A DNA stretch of 60,819 nucleotides, counting the filler, from Porpidia crustulata (lineage: Eukaryota): NCBI GenBank assembly GCA_964255105.1. It is 10 parts of 10 records of this genome, joined end to end, with 100 filler letters (N's around TTAATTAATTAA, not from the genome) between each part and the next. Parts side by side here need not be neighbours in the genome. Positions count along the whole stretch, not along the records: positions 1 to 6,011 come from CAXUWE010001654.1; positions 6,112 to 12,118 come from CAXUWE010001655.1; 8 more parts are not named here. One strand, 5' to 3'. Below the pieces are notes generated by a model. That model worked only from the letters and a program-made list of their open reading frames with translations, ran no database searches and had not been told where the DNA came from. The translations under genes and the position numbers were made by a program. Below are positions 1 through 12,218 of the stretch, piece after piece (the first letter of the stretch is position 1; the number at the start of each line of letters is the position of its first letter).

Positions 1-182
1 TATGGAAATGGACCATCTCAAAGCTCGTCGGCAGCTTTGATCACGTCGCGACTGTTGCCATTATTGCCCACCCTTGGAAAAACAAATCCACACTTTTGAT
101 CGATTTTCGCACGAAGAGAAAACAAAGAGCTTGCTATGGATACACGGGCTGCTTACGGCCTTCTTGAGGGGGGGGAGGAATC

Positions 183-2033
183 TTACTTGGCGCAAGGGTC
201 GGGAGCAAAGTGGATGTTGCAATGCTCCCACTCATCGAGACGGGAGATGGAAGCTTTGAATTCGACGGCGTGATCGATCTTCATGAAACGGAAGGTTACC
301 GCGCGTAGCTGTGAGATGGCTTAATTGAGTGAGACATTGGGAGGCAGACGAGAGGGGCTTACACCACCAGGATTCTCCCCGACCTCGATAACCTCGACCT
401 TCCGACCCTTCGCCTCAGCCAAACAGTAAAGCTTCCCTAATGACATATCCGCATCGACGCCGATAGCGCGAATGCAGCGGGTCATGCCCGAATCGATCCA
501 CTGGCGAAGTTTGCCGCCAACAACATCGACACTTGCGCCGTCCATCTCCGTGAGCACGACGTATTTGACGCCTTCTTTCTGGTAATCAAGGCCATTCGCA
601 GTTCCCTTGTAGAACTTGGCGGCATCATCGGGATTGAGAAAGTAAACGATTGCGCTGGAAGAACCGGCAAGATGGATTTCTTCGAGCGGGCCACCGGAAA
701 CCAGCGAAGTGACGAAGACGGGACTGGAAGCCGGGGGGAGGCCGGTCAGGGTCACTTTACGCGCGCGGGCCGCTTGATTGAGAGTCAGTGTGCGTCTAGT
801 CTTGTGCTTGAGACTTTACGTACCTGGCTGATCTCTCTTTTCCACAGATGGCCAAGAGTCGAAGATGAGTGCTGTCTTTCGATCCTCTTCCTTTCTAGGA
901 GGTTGAGTGGAGATGGTACTTTTGGACGGATTGTGATTCGCGAGGCGCTTCATGGTGTCTACTGTATAAGTCCTGGGCGCTTCAGGAGCGGTAGATCCGT
1001 TCAAGGTGAGCTTGGCGAGCGAAGTAGACGGCGTGTTTTCTTTGGCGACGCTATTTGGTTGGTCGGATAATGCCCATGAATCTTCTGCATCTATCAATGA
1101 AGGACTAGGAGCAGAAGCTGTTTTTTTAGCTTGAAGGTGTGGTGGCATAGACTGAGACTTGGAGACTGAGTCCTCGGTCACAGCTTTTTCGTCCTTGAAG
1201 CCCTGTAGGTAAGTTCGCGCCTCAGTTTGAACCATTCTCTCTTTGTCCTTGGGTTCCTGCCGGGAGCGAGATCGAGGGTAAGGTGTGGGGGTAGCAGAGC
1301 TCTTTTCCTTGACTTCGTGTGGATCAGTAGACACGAAGACTGGCTCATTGATCGCATGGTTCTCTTCAATTCCATGCTTGGAACTTGGCTCGGCGGATGC
1401 CGCATTGATTGCAGTGCTCTGCTTTTGAGTGTTCTTTTCGTTGTCTGCTGAAGGGCCTTCTAATCCCGCAGAAGCTGTCTTGGACATGAGCCCGAAAATG
1501 CTTCGTCGTGGCGGCTCAGAAGCCGCGAACGACATCCTAGGAAAAGACATGTTGTGTGCGTTGCGGTCCTCTGATGATACTGCTTGAGCCTTGGGAGATG
1601 AAGAGACATAAACCCCAGGCGTCACAGTGGGTCGGGCTCCACCGAGTTTTGAGCTGTTCTTTGGCGCATAACGAGAGTCTCCCAGGGTAAAAGTGGTCGG
1701 CGTTACCTCCATTGAATCTTGAACAATCTGTCCGCTACCCGTGTCCCCACGATTTACTTCTGGAGTTGGTGGAGGGGCTAAGATACCGCGTGCCAACGGG
1801 CTCTGCGTATCATGCGCTAAAGTGACCGGCGGGGAGGAATGAGTGCTGGCCAGTTTTGCGCTGCCATCACTGTCCGTGTGCTCTCCACTATCGTTTCCAG
1901 TAGCTGTTGTATTCATATCCGACGTGTTCACACCTCTCGATGTAGTAGAGTTGGTCGTGTTCGAAACACCCCCCATCGATGCGATAAACTTACGAATGTT
2001 ATCGGCATCGTCTACCGAGACTGGGGGTATCAT
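183..2033 (-). CDS. Fungal protein with long low-complexity N-terminus and C-terminal RRM-like domain(s); 3 exons (2033-824, 772-363, 308-183)
   Basis: ORFs 816..2033 and 321..755 join through a GTACGT..AAG intron (823-773), giving ...DQPAARARKVTLTGLP. A second intron GTAAGC..CAG (362-309) leads to LRAVTFRFMKIDHAVEFK...CNIHFAPDPCAK. The 3' end could instead be a further intron. Confidence 0.7.
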
Positions 2034-2508
2034 CTTAGCTTTCTGCTTGTACTCGACAGATGAGATTAACGCGGTGCAGAGAATGGAAGTTGAATACTCA
2101 TGTCACATCCAATGTGATCAACGGCAGCCTTACGAACTTGGCTGACAGATAGAGAGATGAGATTGTAGAAGGAGCTATGATAGAGGTAGGAAAATGTGGT
2201 GCTATACCTTGTGTTGAGGCATTAGTATACCGGCTGGAAGAATTCACGGTGGTTACGCGTGACCGAGTTTTTGTGCGGAAGCAAAGCCATTCACAATATG
2301 ACACAAAGTGCCACCAGGACACTAGAATGCGGATTGCTGCTTGGCCTGTAGAGCAAATTTCTCATACTCTACAAGATTATGATCGAGAGAATAGGGCCTT
2401 GAATATGTGCAATTTCCAAGGAAAGGACAAAAAGCTAGTATCCAATCACCCAGGGTATCTTTCGCCAACCTATACGCATATGACTGGAAAGATATCCAAA
2501 GATCTTAC

Positions 2509-4152
2509 TTATCTGTTAGGTACTGGAATACTCTCCCAGTTTTTCTCGCCATCTCGTGGGGTTTCTTTGATGACTTGCAAAGTGCGCATCCCACAATATC
2601 CACCGTCGACGGCAGTCCTGGTCACTTCTTGGAATGAACCACCTGCCTCCAGAGAAGCATCATGCACCCATACACGCTCTTTTACAAGTTCTCCTTCGAG
2701 TTCCGTACGGCGCGGATTGTACCAAGGCAGTCCAATAAGCTTGTTGACCAGATAATGTGGTATAGTATAAAGACGCTCAAAGCGACGGGCGTATTTGAGC
2801 CACCAGAGAGATCTTGCGTCGTAAGCCACACGGATGAAGGGATTTTGATAGACTTCGTAGTCTCTGGTGACATCCTTCTTCGAGCCCGCCATCAGCAGGT
2901 CGGCATGGACCAGACAGCACTCGGAAGCGTCCCAGTAGAGATCTGGTTCAGCACGAAAGCGGATGGGTAATTTGATTAAGCGTGCAAGCTTGGTTGTAGG
3001 TGTATTAGTGGCGATCTCAATGTGTTTCTTTTTTGCTGAGTTCCCAGTAGATATAGGGTTCTGGAAATATTGGGCATCAAAAGCCACCATCCCACTCCAG
3101 CAGCTTTTGACACGCACAGCATCGGTGCCATCCAAAACGTCTTGCCTGCTGTGGCCACCGCCTGCTGAAGAGTACCATGGGAAGAACGGAACACCCATAC
3201 TATACCCTTCTAGATCCCTAGTGGCGAATGTATCGTAGAACTTGAAGGGATTGATAAAGTCTACTGCACAAGCTGCACGGTAAGATGCTTTGCCGTTGCT
3301 ATCTACGTTTGTTGATAGTAGAAGCTGCGCAGCATCGATTGGGTCGAATATAATGTCGTTCAGAAATAACAGCTTGTCGTACTTGACGTTCGAGGGCTCG
3401 TCTAGGGGTCTGAGGGCTTTATTACGGACCTCAGCTAGATAGCCAATGCGCTTGACTCTGTGGGAACCATCAGGGAGGGTGACTTTAGGCAAACCCTCGA
3501 GGGGCATTATGTCTTCGAACACTAGTTTGCGTTGACATTTGACCTTGTCTTCAAAACCGATGAGTGCAGTTTGGGCCTCGCCACCACTATCATTCTCATA
3601 GATGCTTAAAAAGACGTTATCAGACCCCAAAAGTTCTACAAGATCTAGGATAGCTTTTCCCCAAGCTCCGTTCACGAGTTTTCCTCCCTTATCATAGATG
3701 GTTGCAGCAATGAACACCTTTTGGTTGTTGGGATTTGCCCGCCCATTCTCACTAGACTGTAAACATCGTTTTTTGAGAGCTTCATAGTGTGCCGGTAATT
3801 TAGTGTATGATGGTCGAAAAATTGCCGTGATTAAAATCAATATAAATATTATTGCGGAAAGTACATTGAATAGGAGGCAGATTCGGCGGGTGGATATTCT
3901 CGGTATTCCACATTTGCGCCCTGGCGAATGGTTCGTATGTCTATATCTGAAGCGGCGTCGGCCAAAGGCGGATTTCAATTGGAAGAGAAGCCATTGTGGC
4001 AGCGACTTGGGCTGACGATTGTGAACATAGGAGGCAGTCGTTAGGCCTTGCGATTCAAAGTCAGCGTCATCGAGATCGAAGGTCTCGTGGGAATCGGATG
4101 AGTACCGAGCAACAAGTTCGTGCTCCTCTGGATGGGCTTCGCGCGGTGGCAT
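2509..4152 (-). CDS. Glycosyltransferase family 69 (CAP59/CMT1-like alpha-1,3-mannosyltransferase)
   Basis: 547-aa single ORF with a type II membrane anchor (CLLFNVLSAIIFILILITAIF) and motifs VFLSIYENDS, RIGYLAEVRNKAL, LLFLNDIIF, FYDTFATRD, SCWSGMVAFDA, SECCLVHAD. Confidence 0.9.
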   Translation of the reverse strand: MPPREAHPEEHELVARYSSDSHETFDLDDADFESQGLTTASYVHNRQPKSLPQWLLFQLKSAFGRRRFRYRHTNHSPGRKCGIPRISTRRICLLFNVLSAIIFILILITAIFRPSYTKLPAHYEALKKRCLQSSENGRANPNNQKVFIAATIYDKGGKLVNGAWGKAILDLVELLGSDNVFLSIYENDSGGEAQTALIGFEDKVKCQRKLVFEDIMPLEGLPKVTLPDGSHRVKRIGYLAEVRNKALRPLDEPSNVKYDKLLFLNDIIFDPIDAAQLLLSTNVDSNGKASYRAACAVDFINPFKFYDTFATRDLEGYSMGVPFFPWYSSAGGGHSRQDVLDGTDAVRVKSCWSGMVAFDAQYFQNPISTGNSAKKKHIEIATNTPTTKLARLIKLPIRFRAEPDLYWDASECCLVHADLLMAGSKKDVTRDYEVYQNPFIRVAYDARSLWWLKYARRFERLYTIPHYLVNKLIGLPWYNPRRTELEGELVKERVWVHDASLEAGGSFQEVTRTAVDGGYCGMRTLQVIKETPRDGEKNWESIPVPNR

Positions 4153-4363
4153 GACGACTCATGGTGATGCTGCGAGGGCCAGAGATTAGGAGATTACAAT
4201 TCCTGAGTGTAGCTAAACGGCGGGTGTCGCAACTTGTCGTCCACTGTAATTTACCGGTGCCGCATTGCGCTAATTTTAGATTACCGTCATATTTGTGACT
4301 CAATTCGATATCATCTTACTTATTTCGCAACGGTTCTGTCACCTTTGCTTGCCATTGAACAAT

Positions 4364-6011
4364 ATGGCGATTCCTGGTAGAGCTGTATATGTCGACGAAG
4401 ACGTTGGTAAAGACGAGACCTCCCACAATGGCACACAAGACCTCCCTTATCAAACGTTACTCTTCGCCCATATTCAACATCCCCCCTCAGATGGTACGCA
4501 GTATCATGTGCGCAAAACGGAAACCATAGCTGCTAGCGATGGTGGAGAATCCAAGGAAATTCGAGAGTGGAAACCAGCTGCAAAATCCGCGTTGAAAAAA
4601 GCTGCCAACCTGTATGATCAACATAAGAGAAAATTGGCCAAGAGCAATGAGATTGCCATTCGGGAAAAGCAAGAAACTGAAAAGCGCCAACAAGGGCTAG
4701 AAATGGCCAAAAAAATCAAGCTCTCCCAAGATTCAAGCTTACCAAAGGCGACTAAAATCATGCTCGGCGATAGGGACCCTCAAAAAATAAAGCTTCGGAG
4801 CGGGACGAGTTCGAAAGACGTAGATTACAGTGAGGGTAGAGGCACAAGAGTACGAGTCACGGGACGAGTCCATAGACTTCGCTCACAAAAGGATGTCATA
4901 TTCGTGACGCTCCAAGACGGCTACGGCTTCCTCCAATGCGTCCTTACCGGCGACCTCTGCAAGACCTACGATGCCATGACCCTTACCCTCGAAACCTCAA
5001 TGGAGATTTACGGTGAAATGTGGGAAGTCCCCCCCAAACAACACGCCCCCGACGACCGTGAACTCCACGTCGACTACTACGAGATCATCGGCAAAGCCGT
5101 CGGCGACAAAGAAGCCATTACCACGCGCGTCGCCCCTGACTCTGACCCCCAAACCCTCTACGACAACCGACACCTGGTCCTACGCGGCGAAAACTCCTCC
5201 TCGGTCATGAAAGTCCGCGCGGCCCTCCTCCGCGCCTTTCGCCGCACCTACGAAGAAATCACCCCGAGCTGCCTCGAAGTCACCCCTCCTTGCATGGTGC
5301 AAACCCAAGTCGAAGGCGGCTCCACCCTCTTCGCCTTCGACTACTACGGCGAAAAGGCCTTCCTCACCCAATCCTCCCAGCTCTACCTCGAAACCTGCCT
5401 GCCCAGCCTCGGCAACGTCTTCTGCGTCGCGCCCTCCTTCCGCGCCGAGAAATCCCTCACCCGCCGCCACCTGAGCGAATACACCCACATCGAAGCCGAG
5501 CTCGACTTCATCACCTTCGAGGACCTCCTCGTCCATCTCGAAGACGTCATGTGCCGCGTCATCGCCACCGCCCTCGCCGACCCCGCCACCCACAAACTCG
5601 TCCACGACCTCAATCCGGCCTTCCAGGTCCCCGCCCGCCCCTTCCTGCGGATGCGCTACGCCGACGCCATTGCCTGGCTGCGCGACCACGCGATCCTCAA
5701 CGAAGACGGCCAGCCCCACGCTTTCGGCGACGACATCGCCGAGGCCGCCGAGCGCAAGATGACCGACATTATCGACCGCCCCATCTTCCTCACCCACTTC
5801 CCCGTCGCGATCAAGGCCTTTTACATGAAGAAGGATCCCGCCGACCTCCGCGTCACCGAGAGCGTCGACTGCCTGATGCCCGGCGTCGGGGAGATTGTCG
5901 GCGGCAGCATGCGCATGGACGATTACGACGAGCTGATGGCGGCCTACAAGCGCGAAGGCATCGGCGCCGAGCCGTACTATTGGTATACGGATCAGAGAAA
6001 GTCTGTCGCCC
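4364..6011 (+). CDS. DED81: Cytosolic asparaginyl-tRNA synthetase (3' truncated at contig end)
   Basis: OB-fold RVRVTGRVHRLR, class IIb motifs QTQVEGGSTLF, LTQSSQLYLE, FRAEKSLTRRHLSEYTHIEAE and GEIVGGSMR. It ends at YWYTDQRK, before motif 3. Confidence 0.95.
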
Positions 6012-6111
6012 NNNNNNNNNNNNNNNNNNNNNNNNNNNNNNNNNNNNNNNNNNNNTTAATTAATTAANNNNNNNNNNNNNNNNNNNNNNNNNNNNNNNNN
6101 NNNNNNNNNNN
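6012..6111. other. Artificial contig-joining linker
   Basis: N44-TTAATTAATTAA-N44, which has stops in all six frames. Confidence 0.98.
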
Positions 6112-6658
6112 GGATTGCGGTGGAGGGGATGGGATGGTTTTTGGAGATGTGTGTATGTGTCGAGGGTACGAGACAATTGGGCCATTTCGTGCCATACATG
6201 CCGTTGAGAGTGTGGGTTTTCAATATCCTCCAAGTTTGCTTGGCTTGGGAGGATTCTCACAGCATGTGTCGAAGTCAGGAAATCTGGTCGGTCGTGCATC
6301 ACATCTAGGCGAAAGGTACATTTTCTTACTGCTTGACATGTCAGCGAACTAAGCCTGCGGATACCATACATATATAGTGGAGATGAGGCATTGTAGGTTT
6401 CAGAGAGAAGATTATCAGTCGTCATGATCCGCTCAGTTCCCCCTTCGATTGCTTTATGCCGGAGCCAAAACTCATCGGAAGGGCTGATGGGACGTTGCGA
6501 GATGTTCCGACTAAGGATGACGATAATCTGATTCATCATGTGATGGGGGTACTAAAGAGATTGAAGAAATATGTGCTTACTCTATGAGTTTCCAGGGTCA
6601 ACCAATTCTTCCGTAGAGTCTTCGTGGATCGTAGTTCATGCTGGTCTGAAAAGCTACT

Positions 6659-7498
6659 TTATGTTCCAATCGTTGGCCACCAAATTTTTCTCCCTTGCTC
6701 GGGCGCTATTGTTGTGGTATGAAGAGCGTGTGCAGCAACAACAGGCTGATCAGCATCCCCATCATCATAGACAACAGCCTTTCGCTCGTGCCTCTCCTCC
6801 AGCAAGTCCATCTGAGGTGTACACTGGTTTGCATTTGTACACGATAACGGCTCCTCACCGTAGTCCAGCACTCCCTCATCAACCACGGCCTCATCGAGTT
6901 CTCTTGCGAGCCTTCGATGAGTTGGTGCTCGCTCAAATTTCCCACCCATATCTCTGCCATTTCTTTTTCGCTTCTTCCGCGTATTCTCGGTATCCACGTC
7001 TTTCTTTTCAGCTTCCAAGAACCTTACATACTCCTCCTCGTCATCACTGTTGACTAGTTCTTCTCGCGGCGAGGGTAAAGTTGTGGCTGCCTCTGTTGTA
7101 TGGAAATGTCCTTGCATGACAGCAGTAGTTTGCCCTTCTATATGTAAATCTTCATTTTCTTCCGAGTCTCGGTCCTCTTGACCCACGCCTTGGTTTTCTA
7201 CTCGAAGCTGTCTCTGACGTATGATTGCATAGATCTCACTATGCCGGAACATGGCAATCTGCTCGTCCGTCAAGGTTCGCTTCACGCCATTCGGGTAGTA
7301 TCCAAGGTCATCTTCTTCTTCAACCTCCTCGGCAGCTTCCACTGCATGCTTTTTAAAGGTAGGTGCGGATGGTGCAAAGATCTGTGCCTGGAAAGTGTGA
7401 AGGTCATCCTACCCCAAGTTTAAGTAGGTGTCTCTCTGTTCAGGCATACATAGCATACGTACCTGAGTGACCGTTGGTATGACTAAATTTGCAGCCAT
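6659..7498 (-). CDS. DUF3807 family protein; 2 exons (7498-7463, 7408-6659)
   Basis: Signature EEEDDLGYYPNGVKRTLTDEQIAMFRHSEI. First exon MAANLVIPTVTQ is joined in frame via a GTACGT..TAG intron (7462-7409). The protein ends RKIWWPTIGT. Confidence 0.85.
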
Positions 7499-7938
7499 TG
7501 GGAAAGTTATGGAGATTTCCCATCATATATCTCATAACGACTGTCGGAGCATGGTTGGGCTTAAGGGTCAAGCATAACCTTGTGGGGCCACTGCCTAAGG
7601 AGAGGCCCGGGCCGAGGGCTTCCTAGCCACTTAGCCACCTAGCCGTGCTAGCTTAAATGCAATCTTGTCCAGCCATAACACGGAATTATATGTGTTAAGT
7701 GGAATAATATGTTAAATTTATACCGAAAATGCCGTGTCTAATCAAGGCAAAAATCAGAATAATGCCAAATCTCATCTAATCTCATCTTGTCAAAACAAAC
7801 CAATTATCGAGTATTAGACCGAGGCTTGCAGCTTATATGCCCAATTCCACGCCCGCTGATTCCTACCATCCCGCGCGGTAACCTTTACCCTGACCTGCAC
7901 CAGCCCCATTGCTGCATATATACTTGCCGAAGAGAAAT

Positions 7939-9380
7939 TCAGGCGCCGTGCATTCGTGGGAATACATCTTTTGGAGGTGTGGGTGGACCACGGTCCAACC
8001 CACAACTCGATATCCTCACTGGATGCAAAAAGGGCCTCGGAGATTGTATGCATTCCAAGGAGTAGACCCGTTGGCCCTCATACTGCATGTAGACTTGTGT
8101 GCTCGATCTACTAGCGTGGACTTGAGTTACGTTCCGGCCTCGAATCGGCTGGAATTGGGCTTGTTCAGCTACAGTAGACTGCTGATGAGACTGCGAGAAC
8201 GATTGTAATGGTGATATCTTCTTCAATTTCTTACTCGCCTTTTGATAAATGACTCGCAATAGTGGACGGATAGTAGGCAGACAAGCACAGGTCAAGGCAA
8301 CAGCGGGCTCTAGAACACTCCAGACTATGAACGAAACATTACGGGCTGCAGGAGGAAGTCGTGTCAGTACATTCATAATTGTCCATATCCTCCAGAAAGA
8401 TATTGAAACCCACAATTGAAAACTGGCGATCTCGGGATTGTTGCGACTCTTGCAATGCTGACACCGCAACCGCTGTAGAGATCATTAACCTGTGACGGAG
8501 CATAATCTCGAAAGCGGTGTATACTTACATGGCGCCGAGCAGAGAAACCCCGGATATAGCGTATTTTTGCTTTCTTGCCACTTGGAGAGTCCAGACCATG
8601 GGTATCGGCATTATCAAAATTGTTATGTCAATGATGATATTGACGATGCCGGTGATTTTCGCATGATGAGGACCTCCTGTTGATATGGACTGCCCACATA
8701 AGTGTTGCCTTCCCCACAAAGCGCTTATCGGATGTGGCAGACACTGCAATTGAAAAGCGATGAGAAGGATAACGAAGTAGGCTAAGACGAAGAAGAAAAT
8801 AATTCGCCAGCAATTCCGAAACCAGCGGATCTCTAGAGTGAAAACGCGGCTGTAGAGTAGTAGAATCGAAGCTTTAGCCAGTGAGATTGCCATGAGATAA
8901 GTCAGCTGGCTGGCGTATTGTACCTAAGTCGCTGTGAGTATGGTATGCAAACCCGAATGCTCCCCATATCGAGGCCTGAACCCGATACCTTTGCCATACT
9001 TTCAGCAGCGCCTGGCTTAAGTAGAGATAGATCTGTGCCAATTCCCATACGGACGACTGCAGTGGAATTAGCAAGTGTTTCACTAGATCATGTAGGTTGC
9101 AAAGGAATTTTCATACGAAAGAATTGCTCAATTGCGAGACCGATGATAATAATCTAAACATGACCTCAAATCAATGTCAACATACGCAAATCGGGTAAAT
9201 TTCTCTTACTAGTCCGGCAAGCGTCAAATAGTCATCAGCCGATACTCCCGCATTGCTCATCCGCCTTGATGCAAATCGACCAGCTGCTGCTCCTGAGCAC
9301 AGTACTATGACCATGATGGCATTTCCACATACTCGTCGTTCGCCTCTATTGCCTGATGAGCTCTGGCGAATAGCAATCAT
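7939..9380 (-). CDS. PTH11-like (fungal rhodopsin-domain) integral membrane protein without CFEM; about 6 exons
   Basis: Spliced segments GRFASRR..SADDYLTLAGL, RMGIGTD, AKASILLLYSRVF, IIDITILIMPIPMVWTLQ..KQK, SIARV and WSVLEPAVALTCACLPTIRPLL. Confidence 0.85.
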
Positions 9381-12118
9381 CGTTACGGTATCTATGATGA
9401 TTAAATTGTTAACTGAGTCAGAGTCTCGAAGGAAGAGGAAAGATAATTCACGGCGGCTCTCCGTGAATTCTAGAAGACTAGGCCAGAAAAGCGTGCGCTC
9501 CGAAATCTATTACATATTCAAGTATGAAGGTCAGGCCTTCAGAACAGATAGGAGGGTAATGATCATAGAGCTTTTGCGCTAGATCTGCCGTCGACCTCGG
9601 ACACTCTCCATGGCAAATCTTGGGTTTCTCGGCTCTCGAGGCTGCCAAAACATGCGTTACAGAGATCAGAGCAAGGATTCGTGTGTGGGCCATGGATGCG
9701 AAAAGTATTCAGGAGTCTACGAAGATTGCCGAATAGTCCTGCGGTAAATGAGTGTCCTGGAGAATTTGAAATGTAAGGCTGCGGTGCGGACGTTTGGTGG
9801 CTGCAGATTGAGTTGGAGGTTGAAATTGAGATTTTTGATCCTTCGCTTCAGGAAAAAAATGCGAAGCGATACAGACAGCATTAACCATTCATAGCAAGGC
9901 AGTGGGGCGAAGTGCATTGCGTTCCATTGCTCAGGCAGTTCGCAGCGACGAAACGTTCAATCCCTCGGATCTTTGTCAGCGCTGTAAAATGGGGCCCGAA
10001 AGGGCGAAACATTGGCCACGCAGTGCCGATTCGTCGATAACGAATGCGCAGCAGGAGACAGGCCTGCCACCACAGCGGTGCAAGATATCAAAAATATTCT
10101 ATTTCGCGCAAACGAAGACAGCACAAAGTAGGCTGTCACTGATTCTTGAACTTTTCAGTAGTCTCGTGGCTTTGATTTGCGTCCGTATTCTCTCAGCCTG
10201 GGTATAACGGCGGGATCATTAGGATAGACAGCTGTGCTCCGGCCTGAAAGGTCGTAGACCGCAGGCGAGTCTGTCACCACTTGTTTCCTCTTTGATGACA
10301 AAACGTAAAAGACAAGGAGGTGGAGATCATGGCAGCGTTTTCGGATCGAATACTAGCAGAAACGGGCCATCTTGAGCTCTACTGATCGGCAGTCGGCAGC
10401 ATTGTCGTCCTTACATGAAGAATCTTTGATGTTCTAGGTTGGTTCCACCTAATTCGGAGATTGGTGTCCCGGCAGCGTGAACGATTTTGCTTGTACAATG
10501 ACAAACACCATATCTTAATAACAATTAGGATCCAGATCTTATACCAAAACTGCGGATCCGATGCAAAGAATCCTCATTTGAGAGATTGAACCTTACTATA
10601 TGGAAAGACATAGCCGTGTTAGCGATAAAATCAGGGGATCGTCATTTCCTCCTACCATGGCTTCATGGCTTCCATATCCGTCGACGAAATGCATGCAATG
10701 TCCAGATAAGCTCTTGCGCCCGCGCGTTTCTCGGGCCGCTATAGTTATCGGAAGGGCAAGATCGTGACGACAATTCAGTAATAAACCTATCGAGCCATCG
10801 GGGATCCCTAGAGTTGCATCACCCTTGCGATTTGGTACAAAGGCAGGTAGCAAACTCTTCGTATAAGCTAGCATAAGTCCTGGTCGACATTTCGACAGGG
10901 CTTCTTGTACTACAGCCATGATCTTCTCACAAGGCGAGTGTGAGACTGGGTTGTGGTCGACATAATGTAGCTTCAAGAGCGTCGTCTGGGCTGAAATTTG
11001 AGACCTGTGCGGGCCAATCATTCCTGAAGTGCATAGAGTCAGGTACGACAAGACCGTACGAGAAAAATCTGGGAAAACCAGGGGCGGAGCGTCCTTATGT
11101 ATTCCCTATTTGGACTGAATGACTGTCTCGAACTAAATGGAACGCACTAGCACCTGAACTCGTACGACAGTTAGAACGGGAATCACAGGCTTGAGATGTG
11201 ACGTAAGGTGGGCAACCGTTCCTGTAAAAGGAAAGTTGTAATCAATGAGAAAGGTCGAAGAGAAAACATCGATGTCTTTGCAGCAACACGATATAAAAGT
11301 CTGCGACCAAGACGCCCATGTCCAGCCTCGACAAACACAGGGCAATCATGAAGCTTAGATACTATCACAAGGGACTGCAAATGCGCATCAACAATTCGGA
11401 CTTCCCCAGAATACAAAATGCAAATATCAATAGAGAAGCATCGTACACCGCAGGCGGTGACTGTAGAATTGAGAAAATCTTAGCCAAGGTAAACCAAACA
11501 CCACAAACGATATAAGATGCAGGTTCCTGTGTATTCAGCAGATTGTTTCGCGCCCAAGCGATTTGCCAAATTGCATCCTTATCGTGAGGGTGAATGGACC
11601 ATAGTACTGTTTCATCGTCTCATGTTCTATTGCAAAGTAAACATGAATTTGGATACAAGGATTCCCTGGCTGTGATTGGACAGTTCTTCCTTAGTCACGA
11701 CAACAGGGGTTCGCCAATCATCTATGTTGAGGTCTGGACGAAACCGTATCTTTACGGCGAAAATATCACTCGTCATGCAGCAGATACGGCCAATGATCTT
11801 GACCGATATGCCGTATACTTAAACAAGCGTGCGAATGTCTTCATTGCAGTTTCTTGCGCCAAGAATTGGTTATTTGACTAAAGCGAGACTGTCGATGAAG
11901 CTACCTATCGGCTTATCAACGATGCAGCTCAAATCGTCAATTCATAGATCGAGCTATCCGGGTCTTCAGCAGCGTCTGACGAAAGGCTAAGAGATGTTGC
12001 CTCGACATAGACGCACAGAAAGCAGTCACATCCTTTTTAAATGGTTGGGTGTGCGAGAGATACTTGACCGCAATTGCGATGCTAACGCAATGCCCTGACC
12101 TTCAATCAACTACACAAC

Positions 12119-12218
12119 NNNNNNNNNNNNNNNNNNNNNNNNNNNNNNNNNNNNNNNNNNNNTTAATTAATTAANNNNNNNNNNNNNNNNNNNNNNNNNN
12201 NNNNNNNNNNNNNNNNNN
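12119..12218. other. Artificial contig-joining linker
   Basis: N44-TTAATTAATTAA-N44. Confidence 0.98.

Noticed and set aside
5180..6063. Long antisense and alternate-frame ORFs over AsnRS (likewise 34943..36094 over the AAA ATPase and those over TrpRS and MOT1)
   Set aside because: Shadow ORFs expected from extreme C-ending codon bias; no recognisable motifs.
6056..6067. TTAATTAATTAA palindrome recurring about every 6.1 kb as a biological repeat or array
   Set aside because: Always centred in exactly 44+44 Ns; it is a six-frame-stop assembly spacer.
11318..12010. Possible decayed ORF in one + frame (11318..11515, 11594..11881 and beyond)
   Set aside because: Six stops in about 230 codons and no recognisable motif; not distinguishable from chance by eye.
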